Assembly (NCBI GenBank): GCA_965247095.1
Contig: OZ251997.1
Location: 224,001-288,000, forward strand
Source of the DNA: Candidatus Multivorans sp.
Lineage (GTDB): Bacteria; Acidobacteriota; Thermoanaerobaculia; Multivoradales; Multivoraceae
Reading direction: 5' to 3'
DNA: 64,000 bases
Shown: piece after piece, positions 25,956-42,139 of the stretch
How the letters are laid out: each line of letters opens with the position of its first letter
Numbering within the stretch: position 1 is the stretch's first letter
Made by a program: the position numbers and the translations under genes
The notes under the pieces: generated by a model
Database searches by the model: none
The model's input: only the letters and a program-made list of their open reading frames with translations
Told to the model about the DNA's origin: nothing

Positions 25956-27005
25956 TCAGGGCGACGGCTTGGAGCGCTCGATCCGCCGCCTCGGAAGCGG
26001 CCGTTCCGGCACGTCCTCGAGCAGGCCGCCGTGGCCGAGCGACGTGATGTCGCGGCGCGTCAATCGATCGCCTGCCAACAGGCGGGGCAGCACCAGGTCG
26101 ACGATGTTCCGCTTCGGACTCCGCGCGCAGCCGGGGGCGCCGAGAACGGGGGTGCCGCCCAGTTCGGCGAGCAGGAGCAGGTTGCCGGGATCGACCGGGG
26201 CGCCGTAGCAGATCACCGTGCCGCCCGCGGCCTCGATTGCGCTCGGAGCCAGGTCGTGGCGGTCCTGGATGGCCGTCTCGCCGGCCAGCACGACGAGATC
26301 GACGGTGGGCGCGAGCCGGGCCGCGGCGAGGGTCAGGCTTTCCACGCCCCGGTCGCCGTCAAGGGGTACGAAGCGGACCTCCGAGAGCTCGCTGTTCAGC
26401 AGCTCGAGCCGCTGCCTGAACGCGTTTTCGAAGCCGTGGACCAGGCGGTCCCGGCCCTCGGACTGGCCCCTTCCCACGGTGCCCGAGACGATCAGGCCGG
26501 CGCGCCGCGGCGCCAGCCGGTCGACCCGGATCACAGGTGCTGCCGCGACTCTCTCGGCTGCGGCCACGGTCTTTTCGGGCACGGCGTAGGGGAGGATCTT
26601 GGTCGTTGCCACCATCTTGCCGGCGCGGGCCACGCTGTGATTCGGGAGCGTGGCCAGGGTTACGCCCTCGCAGTCGTTGATCCGGTCCAGGGCTTCGGCG
26701 TCGACACGCAGAACGCCCAGCTCGCGGGCGTGGAAGTTCACGCGGCCCGTGGTCGAGCCGCGCCGGGTCAGTCCCGCTCCGGCGACCACCTCGGCGACTC
26801 GCCGCGCGGCTTCGTCCTCGTCGACGTCTCCCGGTTCGAGACGGGCCGCGAACACCCTGTCCCGGCCCAGATCAGCCAGAAGCAGAAGTTCCGCCTCGCC
26901 CAACGCCCGGCCCTTGCGTAGCACGCGGCGTCCGGAGTCGTCATGGACGTTGTGCCCCAGGATTGTCCCCAGGGCGTCGCCAAGCGCGGTGGTTTCAAAC
27001 TTCAT
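25956..27005 (-). CDS. Molybdopterin-binding domain protein (MoeA/MoaB-like)
   Basis: MKF......A.GTILGHN, LRKGRAL, TGRVNF, ATTKILPYAV, GAPVDPGNLLLLA, LGAPGCARSPK.N.VDLVLPRLLAG, LGHGGLL. Confidence 0.85.
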   Translation of the reverse strand: MKFETTALGDALGTILGHNVHDDSGRRVLRKGRALGEAELLLLADLGRDRVFAARLEPGDVDEDEAARRVAEVVAGAGLTRRGSTTGRVNFHARELGVLRVDAEALDRINDCEGVTLATLPNHSVARAGKMVATTKILPYAVPEKTVAAAERVAAAPVIRVDRLAPRRAGLIVSGTVGRGQSEGRDRLVHGFENAFRQRLELLNSELSEVRFVPLDGDRGVESLTLAAARLAPTVDLVVLAGETAIQDRHDLAPSAIEAAGGTVICYGAPVDPGNLLLLAELGGTPVLGAPGCARSPKRNIVDLVLPRLLAGDRLTRRDITSLGHGGLLEDVPERPLPRRRIERSKPSP

Positions 27006-27057
27006 CGACCGGTGGACGCGGCGCGTCCTCGGCGTCAACTCGCGTTCTCGCCGAGCC

Positions 27058-27471
27058 CTACCCGCCGAGGTTCAGGAGCATCTGGCCGACGAGAAGGCTG
27101 ACGAGCATGAGCGTCATGCCCTGCATCCACCGCAGCGCGACCATCTCGCCCTTGAGCCCCTTGAGGGTCGCCAGTTCGATGCGGACTGCGCCAATCTCGT
27201 CCTTGAACTCGTCGCGGGTGACGAACCGGGAGAGTGCGGACTTGAACTCCGCCCTGATCTCCGTCTTCAGTTCCGTCTTGAGTTCCGCCTTGAGTTGGAT
27301 CAGGTCGTCCTTCGTGGCGAGGTTGGCGAGGTCTTCCTTCCAGGCGAAACGCTGGCTGGCCTTCTCGAAGGCCTCGACCAGGGCGTCGGCGGTGACCGGC
27401 GTGACGCCGGCCTGGATCAACTCGCTTTGGGTCACGATCGGGATACGGGTTGCTGTTGCGGTTGTCGGCAT
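27058..27471 (-). CDS. DUF1640/CCDC90-like coiled-coil protein with C-terminal TM helix
   Basis: LIQAGVT...A.AL, LATKDDL, LKAE-LKTE-LKTE-IRAE repeats, LRWMQG followed by a hydrophobic tail. Confidence 0.7.
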   Translation of the reverse strand: MPTTATATRIPIVTQSELIQAGVTPVTADALVEAFEKASQRFAWKEDLANLATKDDLIQLKAELKTELKTEIRAEFKSALSRFVTRDEFKDEIGAVRIELATLKGLKGEMVALRWMQGMTLMLVSLLVGQMLLNLGG

Positions 27472-27716
27472 GGTGCGGTGACCTTTCGGGGAGGGTCGCC
27501 GCCTTTCGTGCCAGTCAGTCTAACCGCTGGCGGCGTCGGGCGGCAAAGCGTGGCCGTTGCCGCGGTCCTCCTTCGGAACCGCGGTCCTTCTACAGGACAG
27601 GGACGGATTTCGGGCCGTCTTCCTGGGTCGGCCGGGCGGGAGCGGACGGTCGGCGCCCCGGGCGGGGCCGAACCCTGGGAACTCCAGGCCTGCCGCGGCG
27701 TTACACTTCCAGCTTC

Positions 27717-28871
27717 ATGCCTTCCGACAACTACGGCCGGATCGACGACTGGCGCGACGAGCTCATCGAGTGGCGCCGCGACTTCCACCGCCACCCGGAA
27801 CTCGCCTTCGAGGAGGAACGGACGGCGGGCATCGTCGCGGAGCGTCTCCGCTCCTTCGGCGTCGATGTCCATGAGGGGATCGCGAAGACCGGGGTCATAG
27901 GAACCCTCCGCGCCGGCAGTTCGGATCGCGCGGTGGCGTTGCGGGCCGACATGGACGCGCTGCCCATCGACGAGAAGAACCAGTTCGGGCACCGCTCGAC
28001 GGCGCCGGGGAAGATGCATGCCTGCGGGCACGACGGCCACACCGCGATGCTGCTTGGAGCGGCCCGCTATCTGGCGGAGACACAGAACTTCGACGGTACG
28101 GTCCAGCTCATCTTCCAGCCCGCGGAGGAGAAGGACGGCGGCGCCGGGGTCATGGTCCGCGAGGGCCTGTTCGAGCGCTTTCCGGCCGACAAGGTTTTCG
28201 GTCTGCACAACTTCCCCGGCGTACGCACGGGCGCGTTCGCGACCAACAGCGGACCGTTCATGGCCGCGATCGACCAGTTCGAGATCGAGATCCGCGGGCG
28301 GGGCACCCACGGCGCCTGGCCGCAAAGCGGCATCGACCCGATCGTCGCCGCGTCCCAGGTCGTGCTCGGTCTGCAGACCCTGGTGTCGCGCAACGTCGAC
28401 CCCCGGCGCCGGGCCGTCGTCTCGGTGACGATGAGCCACGCCGGCGACGCCTTCAACGTGATCCCCGAGACGGCCTACCTGGCGGGGGGCGTGCGGTCCT
28501 TCCTGCGAGAGGTCCAGGAGACGCTCGAACTCGGATTGAAGCGGGTCGTCCACGGCATCTGCGCGGCCCACGGCGCATCGGCCAAGGTGGACTACCAGCG
28601 CTACTACCCGACGACGGTCAACGCGCCCCGCGAGACCGAGGAAATGACCGCCGCGGCGCGCAGCATGGGCTGGGAGGTCGACGCCGAGATGGAGCCGCTG
28701 ATGGGTTCCGACGACTTCGCGTTTCTGGCCCAAGAGCGGCCGGGGTCCTTCATGATGATCGGCAACGGCGACAGCGAGATGCTGCACACGCCGAGGTACG
28801 ACTTCAACGACGAGTTGCTGACCGTCGGCGCCAAGTACTGGGCTCGCCTGACCGAGAGCCAGCTTTCTTAG
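27717..28871 (+). CDS. M20D family amidohydrolase (hippurate hydrolase-like)
   Basis: WRRDFHRHPELAFEE, LRADMDALP, MHACGHDGHT, FQPAEE, GSDDFA, LHTPRYDFND. Confidence 0.95.
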   Translation: MPSDNYGRIDDWRDELIEWRRDFHRHPELAFEEERTAGIVAERLRSFGVDVHEGIAKTGVIGTLRAGSSDRAVALRADMDALPIDEKNQFGHRSTAPGKMHACGHDGHTAMLLGAARYLAETQNFDGTVQLIFQPAEEKDGGAGVMVREGLFERFPADKVFGLHNFPGVRTGAFATNSGPFMAAIDQFEIEIRGRGTHGAWPQSGIDPIVAASQVVLGLQTLVSRNVDPRRRAVVSVTMSHAGDAFNVIPETAYLAGGVRSFLREVQETLELGLKRVVHGICAAHGASAKVDYQRYYPTTVNAPRETEEMTAAARSMGWEVDAEMEPLMGSDDFAFLAQERPGSFMMIGNGDSEMLHTPRYDFNDELLTVGAKYWARLTESQLS

Positions 28872-29041
28872 AAACCGTCGAAACAAAGCCGGCGGCTGCG
28901 GCGTATTCCCTGGTGACGCGGGCAGTTGCCGGGCCCCTTGCCAATGGACGCCGCTTGGCGGCGAAGGCCCCCGCGCTCCGTCCACCCACCGGTCCGAAGA
29001 CAACGTCCGAAAGCCACGCTTCCAAACAAACGAGCAACCTG

Positions 29042-30217
29042 ATGCCGTACACAAACCGAACCCGAGCGGCCACAGTTCCAGCGAACTGGGCGCCGTTTGT
29101 CCTCATCGCCCTACTGCTTCTGCCCTTCGCGGCCGGCTGCGCGTTCGATAGCGGCGTGGCCGGCGAGCCGCCCCCAGCCGACACGGCCAGCCCGGTCGAC
29201 GACGACGCGATTCCCGTCGCGGCGCTGCCCATGTTCCGCGGCCGAATCGAATCCGTGCTCCGCTTCTCGACCAACCTCGAGGCGGAGAACCGGGTCGACG
29301 TGCTCACCGAGACCGAGCGCCACGTCACCGACCTCCTGGTCGAAGAGGGCGACTCGGTGCGCGCCGGCCAGACCCTGCTGCTACTCGAAGACGAGGCGCA
29401 ACGGACGGCCCTCAGGAGGGTCCAGAGCCAACTCGCCCGCTCGCGGCTGGAGTACGAGCGCCAGAAGCGCCTCTTCGAGCAGGACCTGATCAGCGAACAG
29501 GCGTACAACCAGGCGCGCTACGACACGGAGCAGCTCGAACTCGCGCTGGAAGACTCCGAGCGCGAGCTCAGCTACGCGACCGTCACGGCGCCGATTTCCG
29601 GCATCGTCACCGAGCGCCTTGTGAACCTCGGCGACCATGTCGAGACCCACGCCAAGCTGTTCGAGATCGTCGACTTCGACTCCATCGTGGCGCGCGTGTT
29701 CGTGCCGGAGCGCCAGTTGCCGGCGCTGTTCGTGGGCCAGCCGGCGCGAGTGCTGGCGCAGTCTCTCGACGGCTCGCACCAGGCGAGAGTCGAACGCATC
29801 TCGCCGGAGGTGGACCCGCGGAGCGGCACGGTCAAGGTGACCCTCGACATTCCCGGCGACCAGGGGCTGCTGCCGGGCATGTACGTCGAGGTCGACCTGG
29901 TGGCCGCGGTCGAGGAGGACGCCCTGCTGGCGCCGAAGCGGGCTCTGGTCTACGACCAGGAGCAGGTCTTCGTGTTCCGGGTCACCGAGGGCGCCGAGGG
30001 CCCGCGCGCCGAACGCCTGTTGGTGCACATTCTGATCGAGAGCGAGGACGTGGTTCAACTGGCCGGTGATCTGGCCGAAGGCCAGCGCCTGATCGTGGCC
30101 GGGCAGGCCGGACTCAAGGACGGCGCCCGCGTCCGCCTGCTCGATCCGGCCGAGGCGCTGGGCTCGGCGGCGGAGCTGGGCGCCCGGTCGGCCCCGAGCT
30201 ACCAGCCCGCGAGCTGA
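29042..30217 (+). CDS. RND efflux periplasmic adaptor (MFP), lipoprotein
   Basis: Lipobox AAGC; LVEEGDSVRAGQTL, TVTAPISGIV, ISPEVDPRSGTVKV, LLPGMYV. Confidence 0.93.
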   Translation: MPYTNRTRAATVPANWAPFVLIALLLLPFAAGCAFDSGVAGEPPPADTASPVDDDAIPVAALPMFRGRIESVLRFSTNLEAENRVDVLTETERHVTDLLVEEGDSVRAGQTLLLLEDEAQRTALRRVQSQLARSRLEYERQKRLFEQDLISEQAYNQARYDTEQLELALEDSERELSYATVTAPISGIVTERLVNLGDHVETHAKLFEIVDFDSIVARVFVPERQLPALFVGQPARVLAQSLDGSHQARVERISPEVDPRSGTVKVTLDIPGDQGLLPGMYVEVDLVAAVEEDALLAPKRALVYDQEQVFVFRVTEGAEGPRAERLLVHILIESEDVVQLAGDLAEGQRLIVAGQAGLKDGARVRLLDPAEALGSAAELGARSAPSYQPAS

Positions 30218-30257
30218 CTCCTACTGCTAGAAGTGCGATAGCGAGAGGAGCGGCGTT

Positions 30258-37018
<6,761 letters not shown>

Positions 37019-37059
37019 TTGGATCCTCGGCCGGATTTGAGCCGATTCCGGCCTACCGT

Positions 37060-37068
37060 TGCTATAGT
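37060..37068 (+). promoter_or_regulatory. Extended -10 promoter (TGcTATAGT) for the TonB receptor
   Basis: Near-consensus element 32 nt upstream of the ATG at 37101, which has a GGAGG RBS. Confidence 0.5.
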
Positions 37069-37100
37069 CGGCCGTTCCCGCAACCACGGAGGATCGGCTC

Positions 37101-40100
37101 ATGAAGCGCACTCTGGCCCTGCTCGGAATCTTCTGCCTCCTGGTCATCGCTGCGCCCGTCGCGGCGGACAGCCCCGAAACCGGGATTGTCGTCGGACGGG
37201 CGGTCGACTCGAACGGAGACCCGATGCCCGGGGTCACCGTGACCCTCGCCGGCGAGCGTGGCGAGAAGGTCTCGATCACCGACGCTGATGGCGCCTACCG
37301 GTTCGCCCTGGTGACGCCTGGACCGTACACGGTAAGGGGCGCTCTCGACAGCTACGGGACGGCCGAGAGCGCGGTGCGGGTGACCCCGGGGACCCGCTCG
37401 GAAGTCGGTCTGACCATGGTGCTCGAAGCGGCCGGAGAGATCACCGTGGTCGCCGAAGCGCCGGTGATCAACCGTTTCGAGTCGACCTCGGCCGGCACGA
37501 TCACATCCGACGTGGCGGGCAACGTGACCTCGGTCAACTCGAACTACTACAGCGCGCTCGCGCTGCTGCCGGGCGTCACGTCGGACGGCGACCTGGCGGA
37601 CGAGTACCCCGGCAGCAACGGTTCGCGGTGGATGGAGGCCGCGGTCTTCGTCGACGGTGTGGACACGACGTACACGCGGCGAGGCGGCTCCCGTCTGTAT
37701 CTTCCCCAGATCGCCATCTCCTCAACCTCCCTGCAGTCGACCTCCGGCAGCGCCGAGTACGGGCGCGCAACCGGCGGCGTCACCAACGTCACCACCAAAT
37801 CGGGCACGAACCGGTTCCACGGCGAGTACCTCGCCCACCGGCAGCAGGGTGACTTTGTGTCGGAGTTCAAGTCCCACCCGGAGCTTGCGGAGCGGACGAG
37901 CTGCAGGGTGAGGGCGATTGTGAACCCGGCGTTCTTCGACCGCTCTCCCTCTTGCGATCCGGACTTTTTCATTCGCAACGAGCAGCAGAAGGACTACTCG
38001 GACCTCACTCTGCAGGGTTCGCTGGGCGGCCCGCTGGCGCGGAACAAGGCCTGGTTCTTTGCCGCGGCTGCCGACACGAATACGTTCAGCAGCCAGGAGA
38101 CCTACGGCGGCGACATCGTGGACAACGGCGCCTATGTGGGCAGCCGGATCGCCAAGCTGAACTTCCAGCCCAGCCCGGCCCACGCGCTCTCCGCCTACTA
38201 CACCACCTCACCGCTCGACATCACGTTCCTGCTTGGCGACCTGCCTTCGGACAGATACACCGGCACGCCCCATTACTTCGGCGGCGAGCTGATGACCACC
38301 AACTGGAACTGGAGCGCCAGCCAGGACGTGTTCATGGAGTTCAAGCTGGCATTCCACGATTCCAGCGAGCACAAGCCCCTGAACGCCGGCACCGGATACG
38401 ACCTGGAATCCGCTCTGCTCGAGAAGCAGCAGGACCCGCGGTATCCGCCAAGCAACCTGGGCCCTCACAACCCGGGCAACAACTTCGACGGCTATGTTGG
38501 CTACGACGGCGAGCAGCACTGGTGGAACGGATGGATACTCGACAACGGGTTTGGACGAAACGACTACCCGCGAGACCAGGCGAACGCGCGCATGACCTGG
38601 TTCGCCAGCGAGAACCACGAGGCACTGTTCGGCGCGGACTGGCAGAGCGTCGGTTGGGTGCAGAACCTGCAACGGAACAACACCTACGTCGGAAACCAGT
38701 TCGACATCTCGAGCCCGTCCGGCTTTGACGTCTGCAGCATCATCGCGTTGGGCTATCGTCTCTGCTATCTGGAGGACTATTCACCCGCCGATCTGGTTGG
38801 CGAACCGGTTCTCGACGGCACCAGATCATCGAACGTGGCGTTCTTTGCACGCGACCGGTTCTCGGCGGGAGATCACTGGACCTTCAACCTGGGGCTTCGC
38901 TACGAGGATCAGGTGCACAAGAACGACGTTCGCCGCACGGTGATCGACGCACAGAATGTGTCGCCTCGAATATTCGGCGCCTACGATTTTCGAGGCGACG
39001 GAAAGATGCTGCTCAGTCTCAATCTCGGTCGTTCCTATCAGCATATGCCGCAGGACCTCACCAACAATCACCTGCTTGAAGGCTGGAACGGCACGAATGC
39101 GTTCGACCGGTTCATCTACTGTGACCCGGCGGCCGCGTTCTTCCTCGCGCATGTATGTCGGGGGGTGGGATATACGGGACTGGTCGGCAGGCAGCGTCCC
39201 GGCGTCATGTGGCAGCAGATCGATGCCGGTGTCTTACCGAACGTCGATATCGAGCCTTACTTCAAGGACGAGGTCGACCTGAGTCTGCGTTGGGCCCTGA
39301 ACCCGAGTTGGTACTTCCAGGCGAGCGCCATCTACTGGACGTTCCAGAACTCCATCGGCACGACCCAGCAGCGTTTGCCCAACGGGGACTTCTTCACACT
39401 GACCGAGAACTACAAGGACTACGAAGAGGTCCTGGGTGCGCTCGGCGTGGTGGATCCGGAAGTGCTGGCGAACTTCGAAGAGGGCAAGCGCACATACAGG
39501 TCCTTGCAGTTGCAGCTCAACCGGAACTTCCGCAACAACTGGGCGCTCTACAACAACCTGACGCTGGCGGACGCCAGGGGCCACTTCTGGGGCGGCCTGT
39601 TCAACAACGTGAACGCGGACTACGGGCGGAACCTGGATGTCGGACTGACCCAGGGGCACATCGATTCGTGCACGGGGGGGCAACCGGTGACCTCTGGCGG
39701 ACAACCGGTGATCGGCGCCGACGGCAGTCCCCTCGTGAGGCCGTACCCGGTCGATTGCGAGGCGGCGCTGTCAGGGTTCCTTGGCGTACCGGTGTCGACG
39801 ATCAACCGCTACGGCACGGTCGGCGAGAACAACAAGGTGACATGGAACAGCTTCGGCTCGAAGAGCTGGAATCTGGGCAACACGGGCCAGACGTTTACGT
39901 TGGGCGGTTCGTTCTCGTGGCGCTCCGGGAAGCCGTGGCAGCGGCAGGCGGGCGCGGGACTCGGAAGCTGTGGCAGCACGTTCGACGGTTGCGATCCCGT
40001 GCAGGCCGCCACCAGTTCGAGCACTGCTTTGTATCTTGAGCCGCGGGGAACCCGCGACCCGCTGAGCTCGAACTGGAACGTCAGCCTCATGTTGAACTGG

Positions 40101-40271
40101 GAGTTCCGCATACGGGGGGATCTGAGGGGCAGCTTGCGCGTTGACGCCTCGAACGTGACGAACAACCAGAAGCTTCAGCGAGTGACGAGTCAGGGCGAGG
40201 TCAACTCATCGAGGTACATCGGCTGGCAGGACCCACGGCAGTTCGCCCTGTCGACGACGTTCAGCTTCTGA
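37101..40271 (+). CDS. TonB-dependent receptor with carboxypeptidase-regulatory-like domain (Oar-type)
   Basis: Signal peptide; MPGVTVTL, SAEYGRATGGVTNVTTKSGTNRFHG, GGPLARNKAWFF, WTFNLGLRY; C-terminal Phe. Confidence 0.93.
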   Translation: MKRTLALLGIFCLLVIAAPVAADSPETGIVVGRAVDSNGDPMPGVTVTLAGERGEKVSITDADGAYRFALVTPGPYTVRGALDSYGTAESAVRVTPGTRSEVGLTMVLEAAGEITVVAEAPVINRFESTSAGTITSDVAGNVTSVNSNYYSALALLPGVTSDGDLADEYPGSNGSRWMEAAVFVDGVDTTYTRRGGSRLYLPQIAISSTSLQSTSGSAEYGRATGGVTNVTTKSGTNRFHGEYLAHRQQGDFVSEFKSHPELAERTSCRVRAIVNPAFFDRSPSCDPDFFIRNEQQKDYSDLTLQGSLGGPLARNKAWFFAAAADTNTFSSQETYGGDIVDNGAYVGSRIAKLNFQPSPAHALSAYYTTSPLDITFLLGDLPSDRYTGTPHYFGGELMTTNWNWSASQDVFMEFKLAFHDSSEHKPLNAGTGYDLESALLEKQQDPRYPPSNLGPHNPGNNFDGYVGYDGEQHWWNGWILDNGFGRNDYPRDQANARMTWFASENHEALFGADWQSVGWVQNLQRNNTYVGNQFDISSPSGFDVCSIIALGYRLCYLEDYSPADLVGEPVLDGTRSSNVAFFARDRFSAGDHWTFNLGLRYEDQVHKNDVRRTVIDAQNVSPRIFGAYDFRGDGKMLLSLNLGRSYQHMPQDLTNNHLLEGWNGTNAFDRFIYCDPAAAFFLAHVCRGVGYTGLVGRQRPGVMWQQIDAGVLPNVDIEPYFKDEVDLSLRWALNPSWYFQASAIYWTFQNSIGTTQQRLPNGDFFTLTENYKDYEEVLGALGVVDPEVLANFEEGKRTYRSLQLQLNRNFRNNWALYNNLTLADARGHFWGGLFNNVNADYGRNLDVGLTQGHIDSCTGGQPVTSGGQPVIGADGSPLVRPYPVDCEAALSGFLGVPVSTINRYGTVGENNKVTWNSFGSKSWNLGNTGQTFTLGGSFSWRSGKPWQRQAGAGLGSCGSTFDGCDPVQAATSSSTALYLEPRGTRDPLSSNWNVSLMLNWEFRIRGDLRGSLRVDASNVTNNQKLQRVTSQGEVNSSRYIGWQDPRQFALSTTFSF

Positions 40272-40328
40272 GGCGGCTTGTCGCTGGGCCGTTGCGCGTG
40301 CGCGCAGTGGCCGATTGGGTATCGCGCG

Positions 40329-40360
40329 GAGCCCGGCTTCGGCCGGGCTCTTCGTCTTTC
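40329..40360 (+). terminator. Intrinsic terminator
   Basis: GAGCCCGGC-TTCG-GCCGGGCTC followed by TTCGTCTTTC, between convergent units. Confidence 0.8.
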
Positions 40361-40367
40361 TGCTTAC

Positions 40368-40524
40368 CTATGGTCCAACAGTTCCATCGGCCGACAGGAT
40401 GGCGCCTGTCAGCGGATCGTAGACCGCGGCCACAAAGCGGTGCTCGCAGCGAAGGGCTCTCCTGCCCGGTGGCGGGGAGTGCGGCCAGGAGCAGCGCGGC
40501 AATAGAGGTTGTGCAGAGTCTCAA
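40368..40524 (-). pseudogene. Fifth VWA-array copy reduced to signal peptide plus C-terminus
   Basis: AAGGAG RBS + TTG: LRLCTTSIAALLLAALPATGQESP joined out of frame to EHRFVAAVYDPLTGAILSADGTVGP*, matching both ends of the neighbouring copies. Confidence 0.85.
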
Positions 40525-40552
40525 CGGCGTACTCCTTCTGGCGTCTGTTTGT

Positions 40553-42112
40553 CTACCTGGCGCCGACGGTCCCACTCGCCGACACGAGCCCGCCGGTTAG
40601 CGGGTCGTAGACCGCCGCGACGTAGCGGTGTTTGCGCTTGCGAATCCGCAGATCCGTCTCGAAGACGAACTGGTCGCCCGGCATGGGCTCGTTCGGGATG
40701 ACCACGTTGAGCTTCGCGACCGGCGGCGTCGCCATGTCACCGAACTTGTTCATGAGTCTCATCCGGAACTCCAACTCGTTCATCCACTGGCCGTTCACCG
40801 GCAGCAGCTCCACGTCGTCGAGAGGGATCGTCACCCTCATCGGCACGAAGATCCTGCGGAAGCCTGCCCTCCGGGGCGTGCCGAAGTGCACTTCCAGGGA
40901 CTCGGCGCCGGGGGCGCCGCCGAACAGGAGGGCGCCCTCGACCAGCATCGTGACCTCGGTGCCCTTGGACATGTCCAGATAGTGCTCCCGGGTCCGGACT
41001 CGGAGGTCGCGGCGCCCGGCGATGCGGACTCTGATGTCGTGAAGTCTGTCGTCTTCGCTGCGGGGAGGCTCGAAGCCGAGCCAGTAGTAGGAGCGGGTGT
41101 CCTTCACGGTCTCCCCGAGCGCCTTGTTGCTGAAGGAGTTGATCATCGGTAGTCCGCCGGTCTCTTCGGCCAGGAACCGGAGGACGTCATGGAATCTGTG
41201 CTCGGGTACTTCCCTCCACATTGCGTACCCTCCAATGGGACCCGCGAAGGGTGGCCCGGCGCCTGCCGTGCCGAAGCCGCTGATCGGAATATCCCGGCCG
41301 CGGAGGCCGGGCAGGTCGATCGGGTAGAGGCTGTAGCCGACCAGGTTCGCGGCGTTTACCAGAGGCCCATAGAGTCGGTCCAGCGTTGCGCCGGCAGACG
41401 CCGCCGCGTACGCCGAGCCGAAGTTCCAGGAGTCGGACACGGTGGCCCACCCTTCGATCAGCAGCAGCATGACCTTGCGGCCCGGTGCGTTGGCGAAACT
41501 GCGCATGGCGCCGGCGGCAGCCATCACAGATCGCCGGGTTTTGTCGCTCCGGTCTGCGCCCATGCCGTGCCTGTACAGCAGACCGTGCGGTTTGCGTTTC
41601 CTTGCCTCCTGTAGCGCGGTCTCAATGTCTTCGCGGGCGCCGGTCCAGTCCGTGATCAAGGTGAGTTCGCGGCCGTCGTTGGCCACAACCGCCACGCGAT
41701 CGGCCGGCTCGAGCTGGACCAGATCCCGTTCAAGACGCGTCAGCACCCGGTTTCTGCGCTGCTTGATGGCGAACATGTCGTCGATGAAGATCAGGTAGTT
41801 CGTGCCCACCGGTTCGTCGGGTGTCACCGAGGGCACGTTGTCCACGCGCTCGTCGGACGTGGCTACGGCGCGCCCGTCGTCGATCTCCGTGAAGTAGTCG
41901 ATTCGTACAGGTCGGCGGTCCACGAGGAGTTCGAAGTCGCTCGCCTGCAGTCCCCGGATCCGGTTTCCCTTCCTGTCCGTGACGACGACTTCGACGTTGA
42001 CGACCCGGACGTCGATCACGTCGGAGAACAGGTCCGGCAGGGGGTTGTCCTGGGCTGCGCCGGGAATGGCGGCGAGGCTCAGAGCAGCGATGGTCAGTGT
42101 GCAGAATCTCAT
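40553..42112 (-). CDS. VWFA-related acidobacterial domain protein, copy A
   Basis: Signal peptide; VIDVRVVNVEVVVTD.KG, YLIFIDD, DRVAVV, PGRKVMLL, YPIDLPG, LAEETGG, SYYWLGF. Confidence 0.9.
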   Translation of the reverse strand: MRFCTLTIAALSLAAIPGAAQDNPLPDLFSDVIDVRVVNVEVVVTDRKGNRIRGLQASDFELLVDRRPVRIDYFTEIDDGRAVATSDERVDNVPSVTPDEPVGTNYLIFIDDMFAIKQRRNRVLTRLERDLVQLEPADRVAVVANDGRELTLITDWTGAREDIETALQEARKRKPHGLLYRHGMGADRSDKTRRSVMAAAGAMRSFANAPGRKVMLLLIEGWATVSDSWNFGSAYAAASAGATLDRLYGPLVNAANLVGYSLYPIDLPGLRGRDIPISGFGTAGAGPPFAGPIGGYAMWREVPEHRFHDVLRFLAEETGGLPMINSFSNKALGETVKDTRSYYWLGFEPPRSEDDRLHDIRVRIAGRRDLRVRTREHYLDMSKGTEVTMLVEGALLFGGAPGAESLEVHFGTPRRAGFRRIFVPMRVTIPLDDVELLPVNGQWMNELEFRMRLMNKFGDMATPPVAKLNVVIPNEPMPGDQFVFETDLRIRKRKHRYVAAVYDPLTGGLVSASGTVGAR

Positions 42113-42139
42113 GGAACGCCCTCAGTGTTGTTCGGTCTT

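Noticed and set aside
28872-29041. GC-rich hairpins upstream of the RND operon as a riboswitch
   Set aside because: No recognisable aptamer consensus; such hairpins are expected by chance at this GC content.
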